A stretch of 64,000 bases of DNA from Armatimonadota bacterium (GCA_039679675.1 JBDKUN010000033.1:212279-276278); one strand, 5' to 3'; positions 20,906 through 31,766 are shown, counted from the first letter of the stretch. Notes: generated by a model not told the origin, from the sequence alone. Made by a program: numbers and translations.

Positions 20906-22122
20906 AGAAACTAACAGGTTGGAAATTGAACGCAGCTATATTTGGCGCCTTGGTTATTTTGATGCTGATCGCTGTCGTCACCTTTATCATATTAAAATCG
21001 CCCAAAACTGCGTGTTCATCGAAAAATACGGAAAAGTATGCGCTCCTGGAGGGAACGCTGGAGGCTGACGAGGTCGATGTTTCGTCAAAAATCCCCGGCA
21101 GAATCAGTGTGCTGAACCTGAACGAGGGTGACCCTGTTAGGGCTGGCGAGGTTCTCGTGGTGCTTGAATCGAAGGAGACCAGTGCAAAGGTCGAACAGGC
21201 TTCGGGAATGTATCAGGCAGCTGAGGCTCAGAACACACAAGCCCGGATCGCAGTGGATTTGCAGGCAAAGACCGTTCAGGACCAGGTCGAGCAGGCGGAA
21301 GCTGGTTATAAAGCGGCAAAGGCGAAGCTTCAAATGGCTTTGAATGGTGCGCGTAAGCAGGAGATCGAGGCGGCTCAGAAAGCAGTTGAACAGGCAACCG
21401 CAGCTTACGAAACAGCAAAACGTACATACGACAGATTTAATGGCCTGTACAAGGATGGAGTGATTCCAGAGCAAAAAGAAGATGAGATCGCACTCCAATA
21501 CAAATCGGCAAAAGCCCAGATGCAGGCTGCACAGGCAAAACTGAGTCTCGTTAAGGAAGGCGCGAGGCCGGAAGAAATCCAACAGGCACGCGAAGGCGTA
21601 AAGGCGGCTCAGGCAACTTTGAAGCTTGCTCAGGATAGTGCGCTGCAAGTTTCACTGCGTAAGCAGGATGTTACTGCAGCATCGTATAAGGCATCGGCGG
21701 CGAAGGGACAGCTAAACGAAGCTCAGGCATACCAGGAAGAAACCAGAATTGTATCACCAATTACCGGTTACGTATCGCAGAAATTGTCTGAGACCGGCGA
21801 AATGGTATCTGCCGGTTTCCCGGTGCTTACAATTGTTAAGAGCAAAGACTTCAAGGTCAAGGTCTTCGCGGATGAGTCCAAGTTCGGAGAATTGCAGCTT
21901 GGTAACGATGTCCAGGTGATAATTCCAGCCCTGAATAATAGGAAGATACATGGCAGAGTTGCCCGGATATCACAAGCAGCCGATTTTGCTACGAAGAAAG
22001 CAACCAATGAGCAAAACTCTTACGATGTCAGATCAATAGAAGTTGTTATTCGCATTACGGAAGATTGTCCTGAGCTGAGGAACGGCATGACTGCACGAGT
22101 CAGTCTGCCGTATAAACGGTAA
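20902..22122 (+). CDS. HlyD family secretion/adaptor protein
   Basis: VDVSSKIPGRI, coiled coil with GARPEEI, ADFATKKAT, LRNGMTARV. Confidence 0.9.
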   Translation: MKKLTGWKLNAAIFGALVILMLIAVVTFIILKSPKTACSSKNTEKYALLEGTLEADEVDVSSKIPGRISVLNLNEGDPVRAGEVLVVLESKETSAKVEQASGMYQAAEAQNTQARIAVDLQAKTVQDQVEQAEAGYKAAKAKLQMALNGARKQEIEAAQKAVEQATAAYETAKRTYDRFNGLYKDGVIPEQKEDEIALQYKSAKAQMQAAQAKLSLVKEGARPEEIQQAREGVKAAQATLKLAQDSALQVSLRKQDVTAASYKASAAKGQLNEAQAYQEETRIVSPITGYVSQKLSETGEMVSAGFPVLTIVKSKDFKVKVFADESKFGELQLGNDVQVIIPALNNRKIHGRVARISQAADFATKKATNEQNSYDVRSIEVVIRITEDCPELRNGMTARVSLPYKR

Positions 22123-22155
22123 GCGGCTTAATTATCAAAGGGATTGGAACACGCT

Positions 22156-23337
22156 ATGTTACGAGCGATATGGCATATTGCGCTGCGCGAAACTCGCGCT
22201 ATCTTTTGCTCACGCACTCTGATTGCGCTTGCAATCCTTGTCCCGATTGCCTATGCGCTGTTCTTTGGAGCACTTTACTGGAACAAGAAAGTAACGAATA
22301 TTCCTGTAACGATAGTCGATCAGGATAATTCGGCTCTGTCGCGCGAGATCACAAGAGGTATTTTGGCATCTGAGACATTTCGGTTAGGTCAGTACAGCGA
22401 TTCAACTGACGATTTTCCTGCGCAGGTAGCAAAAGGCAAATCCAGCGTCTCTTTTGTCTTTCCATATCATTTTGAGCACGATGTAAAATCAGGACGGGGC
22501 AGCAAGGTAGCTGTGTGGGTTGACGGCAGCAATATGCTTATTGGTAATGTCGCCATCACGAGCGCGGCAACGGTTATCGGCACATATTCGGTAGGTGTAG
22601 ATATAAGGAAATCGCTGCTGCGGGGAAGAGCACCCTCTAGTTCCGCGCTGTCAGTCGTACAACCAGTTCGATCAGAGAGCAGAGTATTGTTCAATCCGGC
22701 ACTGAACAACAATTATGCCAACTTCATGCTGGTTGGGTTCGTCGTTGTGTCAATTCAACTATTAACAGTACTATTGGTGGCGAGATGCGGAGCCAGGGAG
22801 TTTGAAGACGGCACACTTGCCGGGCTTAAGTCAATCACACATTCACCGTTGGCAATAATCATCGGTAAAGCCATACCTTATATAGTCATAATGCTCCCTG
22901 TTTCGATGCTTGCACTGATCATTCCTACTCTGATGGTGGGCACTCCAATGATCGGTAATCTGTGGCTGCTGACAGGAATGACTGCATGGTTCCTTGCCAT
23001 ATGGATCTTGTTCGGAATAGGACTTTCATCCCTGGTCGGTGATTCTTTGATGGCAACGGAAATATTCGCAGTAATAGTAATGCCGTCCTATCTCCTTTCT
23101 GGTAACACATGGCCGATCTTTTCAATGCCGCTTGTTATGCGCATCATCGCATACTCATTACCGTTAAGTCATTATGTGATACTGGTGCGTAAGATAACCA
23201 TGATGGGCGCAACAATGTGTGATCTTGGATTACAACTGACTGGTCTGGGTGTATGGTCGGTCGTTGCAGTAGCTGCTGCGTATTTGGGTGCTAGAAGATT
23301 AGTACGCACCGATGCGGTCCCGGTGGAGGCACAGTGA
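22156..23337 (+). CDS. ABC-2 type transporter permease
   Basis: IVDQDNSALSR, FNPALNNNY, SGNTWP..MP, PLSHY. Confidence 0.88.
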   Translation: MLRAIWHIALRETRAIFCSRTLIALAILVPIAYALFFGALYWNKKVTNIPVTIVDQDNSALSREITRGILASETFRLGQYSDSTDDFPAQVAKGKSSVSFVFPYHFEHDVKSGRGSKVAVWVDGSNMLIGNVAITSAATVIGTYSVGVDIRKSLLRGRAPSSSALSVVQPVRSESRVLFNPALNNNYANFMLVGFVVVSIQLLTVLLVARCGAREFEDGTLAGLKSITHSPLAIIIGKAIPYIVIMLPVSMLALIIPTLMVGTPMIGNLWLLTGMTAWFLAIWILFGIGLSSLVGDSLMATEIFAVIVMPSYLLSGNTWPIFSMPLVMRIIAYSLPLSHYVILVRKITMMGATMCDLGLQLTGLGVWSVVAVAAAYLGARRLVRTDAVPVEAQ

Positions 23338-24494
23338 TGGCGTCATTTCTTGGTGTATTTTTACAAGAACTAAAGACGATCTTCAGTGACAGACGCATTT
23401 ACATTATAATGCTTTGCGGGCCGTTTTTTTACGGGATACTCTTCGGAGGAGTCTATCTAAACGGCCGGGTCCGGCAAGTTGGAACGGTAATTATAGATCA
23501 GGATCATTCGGCATTATCACGAGAATTTATTAACGACGTAAGAGCAGCGGACAGCCTGCATATCGTAGCATTGAGCCAGACTGAGAGCGATTTCGCAAAG
23601 TACGTCAAACGAGGCGATGCATATATTTGTCTCGTCGTACCCCATGATTTCGAGCACGATATAGCGAAAGGTAAACAGGTTACTATTGCAGTTTTAACAG
23701 ATGGAAGCAACCTGCTTATCAGTAACGTGACCGTAAAATCTATAAGTGTTGTCATTACAACGTTCGGAACAAGAGCAAGAATGAAACGCCTGATGATGGG
23801 TGGGGTGCCTAAAAGCAGCCTCATGTCTGAGGCAGCCCCCATACAAGCTGAGTTCAGACCATTATTCAATCCAAGCTACAATTACAGTGCATATTTGCTG
23901 ATTGGGTTGGTATGTATTGCTCTTCAGCAGGTTACCATGCTTGGTGCATCCATTTCCTTAAGCCAGGACAACAGTAATGAACGGCGTCGGCAGCTCAGGC
24001 AGGTATGTAAAAGCCCATTTATAGCACTGCTCGGGAAAGCAAGCGCGCATGCAATGATAATGGTGCCTCTGTCTTTTGGAGGAGCTTATGTTCCGTTCGG
24101 CCTGTTTCATTGTCCATATCACGGTGCATGGTCAGTGATGCTGGCTTCGACAGCAATATTTGTAATAGTCCAAATATTCGCAGGATTTGGAGTGGCCGGA
24201 ATATGCAAAAGGCCACTCTTGTCTGCACAGGTATTGCTTATATTATCTGTTCCTCTTTTCATGCTGACCGGTGCGACATGGCCTGTTTGTGCAATGCCTG
24301 AGTTCCTGCAATGTTTGGCTTATGCCATTCCCCTTACGCATTTTGTTTCAATTACCCGGCAGGCCAGCTTGGTTGGAGCATCGGCAGCCCTGCTTTCACA
24401 ACACTTTGTTGTCATCGCAATATGGATTCCGATTGCGTTACTTTGGGCTTATTGGGCTGTGAGGCGGATGTTCCTACAGAGTTTTGGCAATTGA
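23334..24494 (+). CDS. ABC-2 type transporter permease
   Basis: IIDQDHSALSR, FNPSYNY, TGATWP..AMP, PLTHF; paralogue of the preceding gene. Confidence 0.88.
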   Translation: MMASFLGVFLQELKTIFSDRRIYIIMLCGPFFYGILFGGVYLNGRVRQVGTVIIDQDHSALSREFINDVRAADSLHIVALSQTESDFAKYVKRGDAYICLVVPHDFEHDIAKGKQVTIAVLTDGSNLLISNVTVKSISVVITTFGTRARMKRLMMGGVPKSSLMSEAAPIQAEFRPLFNPSYNYSAYLLIGLVCIALQQVTMLGASISLSQDNSNERRRQLRQVCKSPFIALLGKASAHAMIMVPLSFGGAYVPFGLFHCPYHGAWSVMLASTAIFVIVQIFAGFGVAGICKRPLLSAQVLLILSVPLFMLTGATWPVCAMPEFLQCLAYAIPLTHFVSITRQASLVGASAALLSQHFVVIAIWIPIALLWAYWAVRRMFLQSFGN

Positions 24495-24705
24495 TGTAAC
24501 GAGTGTTAAATACTGTTTCAGACAAAACTCCTTCCGGGAGAGTTTCGAGTTTGAGTGTAAAACCAACGAATAGGGCATTATCAATGACTGTTTATGTGTC
24601 CATAGGATTGTAACATCATTACTCGAAACTCTTTAGATTTGACCGGGAATGGATGTAACGGGCATTAATGCGTTTTTCCTTAACAAATACGTGGAGCCGC
24701 TTTCA

Positions 24706-27249
24706 TTAAAGCAGTGCGTGCCGGTGGTAGAACCACAACTTCACGGCATGCACCAGCAGGAGGTAAGTGACTGAAAGCGCGGCGATGACGCCGAGCAATG
24801 CCGCAGGCGGCGGTGTGAACCTCAGTAAGTGCCCGACTGGAGTGTACGGCAGCAGAACCGCGACTACTACGACGGCCAACACACCTATCATCAGCGGTCG
24901 GCTTGGACGACTCCTCAAAGGGTTGCCTGCCGTCCGAATCACAAATACGACCAATGTCTGTGTTGCCAGCGATTCCACAAACCATCCTGTGTGAAATAGT
25001 GCCGGGTTTGTGTAAGCACCAAACATCCACAGCAGTACTCCGAAAGTGAGAAAGTCGTAGAACGAGCTTATGGGGCCGATGATTACCATGAACTGCCGGA
25101 TAAACTCAATGTGCCATCGTTTCGGACGGTGCAAAAGCTCTGGATCGACGTTATCGCTGGGCAGGGCAATCTGGGAGATGTCATATAGCAGGTTGTTCAG
25201 AAGTATCTGCGTCGGCAGCATAGGAAGGAACGGCAGGAAGAGCGATGCGGCTGCCATACTGAACATGTTGCCGAAGTTGGAGCTCGTACCCATTATTATG
25301 TACTTCATGATGTTGGCAAAGCTGCGCCGGCCCTCGATTACGCCGTCGTTCAAGACTTCCAGGTCCTTTTCCAACAGTATGATCTTTGCTGCGTCCTTGG
25401 CTACATCCACACCGTTCATTACCGAAATGCCGACATCCGCCGTGTGCAGCGAAGGCGCGTCGTTGATGCCATCCCCTATATATCCGACGACGTGCCCGCG
25501 CGATTTAAGAGCGAGAATCACCCGGTTCTTCTGCTCAGGAGACACTCGCGCGAAGATGGCGTTGTTCTCAGCCTGGTAAGCAAGAGCTGCGTCATCCATC
25601 CCATCTATATGGCTGCCGGTGAGAATGCGGTCTGCCGGCAGGCCGACGTCACGCGCTACCTTCTGCGTTACATATTGGTTGTCGCCAGTCATAATGACTA
25701 CTGAGATACCATCCTGTTTGAGCGATTCAAGAACCGAAAAAACCCCCTCTTTGGGCGGGTCCAGGAATGCTGCGAATCCGACCAGAGTCATATCCTGCTC
25801 GTCGTCCACAGAGTAGGCATCCTGCTTCTCCACGTTCCGTACCGCTACACCAAGAGTGCGGTAACCATCAGCGCTCAATTTCTCAAATGTCTCATTCGCC
25901 TCGGCCCGGCGGCTTTCGTCGAACGGCTGAACTGCTCCGTCTATACTCACAGTCTTGCAGACTGCAAAAACACCTTCCGCTTCGCCTTTGGTGACAAGAA
26001 TGTGCTCGTCACCGTGCTCCACCACGACCGACAGGCGCTTGCGGTTGAAGTCGAAAGGGATTTCGTCCACCTTGGCGTACTCCGTTATAGTAGGGTGCTC
26101 GTGTTTCAGGATTGCCTCATCAAGTGGGCTCTTTATTCCGGCTTCATAGTGGCTGTTAAGGTAGATAAGCCGAAGGACGCTCTCATCGTCCTTGCCGTGA
26201 ATATCCACTTGCTGGTCAAGCACGATCTCCCCTTCGGTAAGAGTGCCTGTCTTATCACTGCAAAGCATATCTATGCTGCCGAAGTCCTCGATTGCCGCAA
26301 GCTGCTTGACCAGGACCTTCTTCTTGATCATTTGTCTCGCGCCTTGGGCCAGGGTAACTGTGATGATCATTGGCATCAGTTCGGGTGTCAGCCCTACCGC
26401 AAGCGCAATTGAGAATAGAAAAGATTCCAAAAGCGGTCTGTGAAGGACTACGTTCACCATGAGGACGAAAAGCACAAGCAACATGATCACCCGTGTGAGC
26501 ATCAGCCCGAAGTGGCGTATGCCACGATCGAATTCGGTCTCTGGGGGACGCATGGCCAGTCGCTGGGCGATCTCGCCGAGTGCGGTATTTCTGCCTGTAA
26601 TGACAACGACTACCGTGCCGATCCCCGTTTGAACAGCAGTGCCAAGGAAAACACTGTTTGTGGCGTCTGCAACTCCATGCTTTCCCTCTGGAAGATCGCC
26701 AACTGCCTTATCGACAGGCAGCGACTCCCCTGTGAGCGCCGACTCGCGCACATGCAGGTCCTTTGCATCCAGCAGACGGCAGTCCGCCGGGACTAAATCT
26801 CCGGCATTGAGCCTGACAATATCCCCAGGGACCAACTCTGCTACCGGCAGCTCTTGTTCTCGCCCGTCACGCAAAACAGCAGCAGTGGTGGCAACCTGTT
26901 TCTGAATCTCCTTTACCGCATGCCGGGCCTGGAACTCCATAAAGAAGTTCAATAACACGCTGAGCATAACAATGGAGATGATTATCGACCCGCCGATTCG
27001 GTCACCCAGCGCGAGCGATATGCCGCTGGCAGCGAGAAGGATAATGACGAGTGGATTGGCGAGGAATCGCAAGAATGCGAGCAGACCTGCGAACCGTGGC
27101 TCCCTCACCATGCTGTTAGGACCATAGAGAAGCCGCCGCTGTTCTGCCTCGTCTGTAGTCAGCCCGGCGGGAGTTGCCTCCAGCAGTCGAAGTAGATCCT
27201 GCAGTGGCCTATCCCAGAAGTTTCCTGCCGATTGTACCCGGTTTTCCAT
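24706..27249 (-). CDS. mgtA: Magnesium-translocating P-type ATPase
   Basis: LTGES, GLTPELMPMI, CSDKTGTLT, GDGIND, SSNFGNMFS, TGWFVES. Confidence 0.93.
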   Translation of the reverse strand: MENRVQSAGNFWDRPLQDLLRLLEATPAGLTTDEAEQRRLLYGPNSMVREPRFAGLLAFLRFLANPLVIILLAASGISLALGDRIGGSIIISIVMLSVLLNFFMEFQARHAVKEIQKQVATTAAVLRDGREQELPVAELVPGDIVRLNAGDLVPADCRLLDAKDLHVRESALTGESLPVDKAVGDLPEGKHGVADATNSVFLGTAVQTGIGTVVVVITGRNTALGEIAQRLAMRPPETEFDRGIRHFGLMLTRVIMLLVLFVLMVNVVLHRPLLESFLFSIALAVGLTPELMPMIITVTLAQGARQMIKKKVLVKQLAAIEDFGSIDMLCSDKTGTLTEGEIVLDQQVDIHGKDDESVLRLIYLNSHYEAGIKSPLDEAILKHEHPTITEYAKVDEIPFDFNRKRLSVVVEHGDEHILVTKGEAEGVFAVCKTVSIDGAVQPFDESRRAEANETFEKLSADGYRTLGVAVRNVEKQDAYSVDDEQDMTLVGFAAFLDPPKEGVFSVLESLKQDGISVVIMTGDNQYVTQKVARDVGLPADRILTGSHIDGMDDAALAYQAENNAIFARVSPEQKNRVILALKSRGHVVGYIGDGINDAPSLHTADVGISVMNGVDVAKDAAKIILLEKDLEVLNDGVIEGRRSFANIMKYIIMGTSSNFGNMFSMAAASLFLPFLPMLPTQILLNNLLYDISQIALPSDNVDPELLHRPKRWHIEFIRQFMVIIGPISSFYDFLTFGVLLWMFGAYTNPALFHTGWFVESLATQTLVVFVIRTAGNPLRSRPSRPLMIGVLAVVVVAVLLPYTPVGHLLRFTPPPAALLGVIAALSVTYLLLVHAVKLWFYHRHALL

Positions 27250-27255
27250 TTATAG

Positions 27256-28275
27256 TCACTCCAATGATCGTATCCGATGCACCATTAAGAATCCAATTCC
27301 AAGTGGTAGCCAAAAAGTCAGGCCTCTAAACGAGAGTGCGACCAGTGTGGATGCTTCCGCCGGAATACCCAAGGATGTATACACCAGCGTCATAACGCCT
27401 TCGACTACACCTATACCCTCTGGAGTAATAGACACAATCCAGAAGACAATGCCTACTGCAAATCCGGCCACCAGGGCACCAAAACCGATAGGCTGCCGGA
27501 ATGCGACGAATAACACATAGAGGCTGACAATATCGACTGCGTAGGATCCGAGTGAAATGCAGAAAGTGCCGAGACACTTTGAAAGGTTTCTCTCAATGGC
27601 GGCTGCGGCGGTCTCGAACTCCCCCGACAGCTTTTGGGACCAGTCCGCTGTCAATGGGGAATGACGATGCAGACGAGTTGCCAGATGGTCAATAGCTCTC
27701 TGAAACCAGATCAGGAGACGGGCAAGAAACGCAGGCTCCCATAGACCCAACAGAAGCAGAATTGTCAGCCCGGTGGATAAAAGCATCAAGATGATCGAAC
27801 CAACAATCACGTAAGTGCTTAGATCGTGCTCAAAGAACAGGTAGACAAGACCTACAATCAGCACGAGCGTAAATGCTGCGTAGTCGGTTACCAGTGCAAG
27901 CAATGTTGCTGCAACAGCGCGTCCAGGCGGCAGGCCTTGCCGCTCTGCATCATCTACGAACAGCGCCGGACCGGCGACTCCCATTCCTCCAGTAGGAACC
28001 ACAACATTTAGGAACAGTGCTACAAAAACCACAGGCAGCAAATGCCAAAAACACCTTGGCAATTCGACTGCCGAAAACGCTGTCTGGTAATGCCAAGTCA
28101 CGATCAGGTAGTAAGCACCTTGCAGCAGGGCTGCTGCACCAATCCACTGCCACTGACCAAGTGCAAGTGTCCTGACCAATTTCTCGACTTCTGTAAACCG
28201 GCTTACCAGAAGCCATATGAACGCGATTATGAGCAGCCAGAATATCCAGCGCCGCTTTGCCGCGGATATGTTCAT
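27256..28275 (-). CDS. Lysylphosphatidylglycerol-synthase TM domain / flippase-like membrane protein
   Basis: Multi-TM; ITPEGIGVVEG and FRGLTFWLP match the UPF0104/LPG_synthase_TM pattern. Confidence 0.85.
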   Translation of the reverse strand: MNISAAKRRWIFWLLIIAFIWLLVSRFTEVEKLVRTLALGQWQWIGAAALLQGAYYLIVTWHYQTAFSAVELPRCFWHLLPVVFVALFLNVVVPTGGMGVAGPALFVDDAERQGLPPGRAVAATLLALVTDYAAFTLVLIVGLVYLFFEHDLSTYVIVGSIILMLLSTGLTILLLLGLWEPAFLARLLIWFQRAIDHLATRLHRHSPLTADWSQKLSGEFETAAAAIERNLSKCLGTFCISLGSYAVDIVSLYVLFVAFRQPIGFGALVAGFAVGIVFWIVSITPEGIGVVEGVMTLVYTSLGIPAEASTLVALSFRGLTFWLPLGIGFLMVHRIRSLE

Positions 28276-28421
28276 TCTGTATACTTCTGCCTAAAGAGAT
28301 TTTTGATTGTGATGTAAGAATCCTACCCAAAACTCTTTATACGATTATTATTGTGGACGCGAGGGAATATGTGCCAACCAACTTTGGATATTGCACACGG
28401 GATGGCTGGATTACGTAATAC

Positions 28422-29384
28422 TCAGCATACCATTCCCTTAGAACGGCCTGTTTTCTGGAGAAAGTCATGTTTGTGCACGAAATCGAGGAGTTTTCGCTTA
28501 TCACTGATGGCGAGACCGACCACGGTATCCGCCGCGCCGTAGTACATCCATATTTCATCACCACGACAGACCGTTCCGCAGGTATAAACTACTCCAGGCA
28601 ATAGACCGGACTGTTCGTAGTTGGCTTCCGGGGCAAACACCCATTCAGAAGCCCGCGCCAGCATTATTCTGGGATTATCGCGTGCCAGCAACGCGACCCC
28701 GAGCCGGTATATCTGGCGATGGCCTACGTCTTTAACCCCATGATATATCAGCAGCCACCCCTCGTCGGTCGGTATAGGCGGTGCGCCCACACCGATGCGC
28801 AAACCATCCCACCACGGCCCGCCTCGCTCTGGTACCAGCACTCCAGGCAGGCTCCAATGTGTAAGGTCCTCGCTGGCGGAAGCGAACCAGATGTGCTCTT
28901 GCTCACCGGTCACCGGACGATGCAGCATCAACCACTCGCCGTTGAATTTTTCGGGAAATACAGTCGCATCTTTGTTTGTGGGTGACATGACCACACCCAG
29001 TCGATTCACTGTCTCGAAATCTTGTGTCGTGGCCAGCGCTACTGCTGGGCCATAACGGGAATATGCTGTATAGGCGATGAGCCATTCCCGCTTGCCAATT
29101 TTAGTCACTCGCGCGTCTTCACAGCCCCACTCTTCATACGGGTGTTCAGGGAGATCCGGCTCAAGCAGCGGATGTTCGGCGGTTCGCCAGCCATCGACAC
29201 CGTTGTTACTGCGGGCCACACGGATTTGGGATATACCTCGTTTGTCCTCGATCCGCAGAAGCAAGACCACCTCCCCGTCTACTTCGGCCGCCCCAGGATT
29301 AAGGACGGCGTTTGCCGTGAGTGGTATATCGTCGGGCGTAAGTATAGGCTTATGTCCGTGCCGAACAAACGTCTCATCTCTCAT
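28422..29384 (-). CDS. GH130-family glycosidase/phosphorylase
   Basis: VLNPGA, GCEDARV, NKDATVFPEK, LHRP, LLIYHGV, YYGAADT. Confidence 0.88.
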   Translation of the reverse strand: MRDETFVRHGHKPILTPDDIPLTANAVLNPGAAEVDGEVVLLLRIEDKRGISQIRVARSNNGVDGWRTAEHPLLEPDLPEHPYEEWGCEDARVTKIGKREWLIAYTAYSRYGPAVALATTQDFETVNRLGVVMSPTNKDATVFPEKFNGEWLMLHRPVTGEQEHIWFASASEDLTHWSLPGVLVPERGGPWWDGLRIGVGAPPIPTDEGWLLIYHGVKDVGHRQIYRLGVALLARDNPRIMLARASEWVFAPEANYEQSGLLPGVVYTCGTVCRGDEIWMYYGAADTVVGLAISDKRKLLDFVHKHDFLQKTGRSKGMVC

Positions 29385-29625
29385 GAACGCATTCTCCAGA
29401 CGCCAGAACTGTTGAATACCACAAAGCTTTTCAGCATAATAATTTATTTTACCGCCGCCCTGAGCCCATCAAACAAGATCATTCCAACCCAGACCGCTGG
29501 AAAACCACTCACTGGACAGAATCGGGGCTGGGGGAGGCCCCTGTCGGATGATGCGGCTGTGATTATTATCGAGCGAGCCAACGCATAACGGGTGTGAGTA
29601 GCTACAGTAAGTGATCTTGGGGTAA

Positions 29626-29733
29626 AAACGCAGAAAAAACAGGGCAATTATGTAACGGCTCTGCCTTTTTGTGGCGAACATTAAGTTAGCTCCCCTGGCT
29701 GGACGATTTTGGAACCTTTTGGGCGAGGGGGAG
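29626..29733 (-). repeat. att-like degenerate direct repeat A (tRNA 3'-end remnant + hairpin)
   Basis: Aligns by eye with 42121-42224 and 43612-43682 (aaacg..ag(g/a)gcaat..ctctgcc..attaagtt.gctcccc). Confidence 0.7.
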
Positions 29734-30053
29734 CATTGCGATAACAGTTCCAATGCTCTGCATCGTGTCACTTAGCAGGTAGAGGCGGAATACTGCAGAT
29801 GGCACAAGTATATGCGACAGATGTGCCCAATTCTAAAACGCAATTACAGCCAACTGGCCTCCTATACTGATGAATCTGTATGCAATAAATAGGAAAGAGC
29901 CTACTTGGCGTCGAATATATAGACATTGGCATATTGCAACTGGCTTAGGTTGCATGCAACCGGAGCAAGAGACTTAGGCCGATGCAATACTAGCAGTCTG
30001 GCAATACCGACATTAATGCAGCCTATCAAGGGCTAAAAGCGAGATCATAAACA

Positions 30054-31766
30054 TTGAGACTAAGTAAAATCCGCTTCAAGAACGTGAAAGGTTTCCGAGA
30101 AGACAAGACCGCGCCAGATGGTTACCAAGAGATGATCTTTGATGAGCGGATGAACATATTAATTGGCCGCAATGGCTCTGGTAAATCAACAATTCTTGAA
30201 ATCATCGCATTTCTTAGTTATGGATATGACGACCATCTAACGCAATATTGTCACGATAACCTACATTTCCCTCCATATGGACCTGATACCAAAGTAGAAG
30301 TTACCCTGATCGATACTGATAGTATTGTTGTCGAATATTCTGCAGAGGAATACGGACATCCAATAAAAGCGAGGAGCAAAATTGACGTTGTGGATTCAGA
30401 TAAGGGATGTGAAGTGATGTACAGGCTGAAAATAGACCGTATATTGCTGAACAGTACTCAATGTTTGACGAACATCAGTATCAAAAACTTTCTCCTATCC
30501 TCTCGATTCCGCGAGCAGGATGCAGTTAATGATTGTGTTCCATCCTCAATAGAACACATATTGCCTAGTTTATGCGAGTTTCACACTAATTGCCACTCAT
30601 TGTATTGCGATGCTAGCAATCTACAGGAATTTGTCAACGATCGATATCGCAGTATCTTTCATTATGTCGATGACAAATGGAGAATTAACCTTGCATACAC
30701 AAAGGACAAAGTAATGGAGTTCTTACGAGACCACTTTGATATTGATGTGATTTACGAACGCATGCCCAATGATGGAACCGTCAACAGAACAAATATTAGG
30801 AACCGATGTTCTGGAATGATCTATCTGGCTACCCAAGAAGCACATGGAATTGTCTGGTTATTGCAGGTAGCACTTCGCGCAATAGATTGCGCGCCACATT
30901 TCATATTGATTGATGAACCAGAAAGTTACTTGCATCCGGAATATCAGGCGAGACTTATAAACGCATTGGCGACAATCGATGTGCAACTTATCATAGCAAC
31001 ACATTCATCAGTATTCATTGACCAGACATTCGATCTCAACGTCAGCTTATTCCATTTTATAACACGTGGATGTAACAGATACATAAGTCCCGTCTCGCGG
31101 AGCGGCTCGTTGTTTCCAGTTCTTCAGGATCTTGGCATAAAACCAAGCCAGATACTTCAAACAAATGGTGTTGTCTGGGTTGAGGGAGATACAGATAGGT
31201 TATATCTCAAAAAATGGATTCGTATCTACTGTGAACAAAATTGCAAACCAGAGCCCATTGAGGGCATCCATTACTCAATGCTGGAATACGGTGGAAAATG
31301 CTTGAGCCACCTCACGCTTGCATCTGCAGAAATCAGTTATCTGAAGACCCGCGACCTTTCTATGCTAATTCCCGTAATGTGCAACAATCATAATAATTTT
31401 ATAGTTATGGATAGCGATAAGAAACACGAATGTGATGAAATCAACGAGACTAAACGTCGAATCGCTAATGAGTGCGCTGGAAGAGTCTGGATTACTTCAG
31501 GAAAGGAAATTGAAAACTATGTTCCACAGGAAGCTCTTGGTTTTCCACTAAACAAGTTCGAGTCAATTGAGCATATATACGGAGAGAATTATCCTGCCAT
31601 TGATAGGCAAACCGGGAAATCCAAACCTGCTACGCTGAATAAATCGAAGTTCGCACGCTCGATAATCGACAAGATATCAAGTGACAATTGGCTTCACCTA
31701 CCTGATCTAGAAGAAAATATAGAGAATTTAGTTAGTACGATCAACCAATGGAATAGTTATGATTAG
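30054..31766 (+). CDS. OLD-family ATP-dependent endonuclease (ABC-type ATPase + TOPRIM)
   Basis: Walker A GRNGSGKST, Walker B/D-loop LIDEPESYLHP, ATHS; TOPRIM VWVEGDTD and MDSD, KEIENY; AT-richer than flanks. Confidence 0.85.
   Translation: MRLSKIRFKNVKGFREDKTAPDGYQEMIFDERMNILIGRNGSGKSTILEIIAFLSYGYDDHLTQYCHDNLHFPPYGPDTKVEVTLIDTDSIVVEYSAEEYGHPIKARSKIDVVDSDKGCEVMYRLKIDRILLNSTQCLTNISIKNFLLSSRFREQDAVNDCVPSSIEHILPSLCEFHTNCHSLYCDASNLQEFVNDRYRSIFHYVDDKWRINLAYTKDKVMEFLRDHFDIDVIYERMPNDGTVNRTNIRNRCSGMIYLATQEAHGIVWLLQVALRAIDCAPHFILIDEPESYLHPEYQARLINALATIDVQLIIATHSSVFIDQTFDLNVSLFHFITRGCNRYISPVSRSGSLFPVLQDLGIKPSQILQTNGVVWVEGDTDRLYLKKWIRIYCEQNCKPEPIEGIHYSMLEYGGKCLSHLTLASAEISYLKTRDLSMLIPVMCNNHNNFIVMDSDKKHECDEINETKRRIANECAGRVWITSGKEIENYVPQEALGFPLNKFESIEHIYGENYPAIDRQTGKSKPATLNKSKFARSIIDKISSDNWLHLPDLEENIENLVSTINQWNSYD

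Noticed and set aside
29800..29815. sigma54 -24/-12 promoter (TGGCACAAGTATATGC)
   Set aside because: GG-to-GC spacing is 11 nt rather than the required 10.
29740..30053. Retron ncRNA upstream of the OLD nuclease
   Set aside because: No reverse transcriptase in the window and no convincing flanking a1/a2 inverted repeat.
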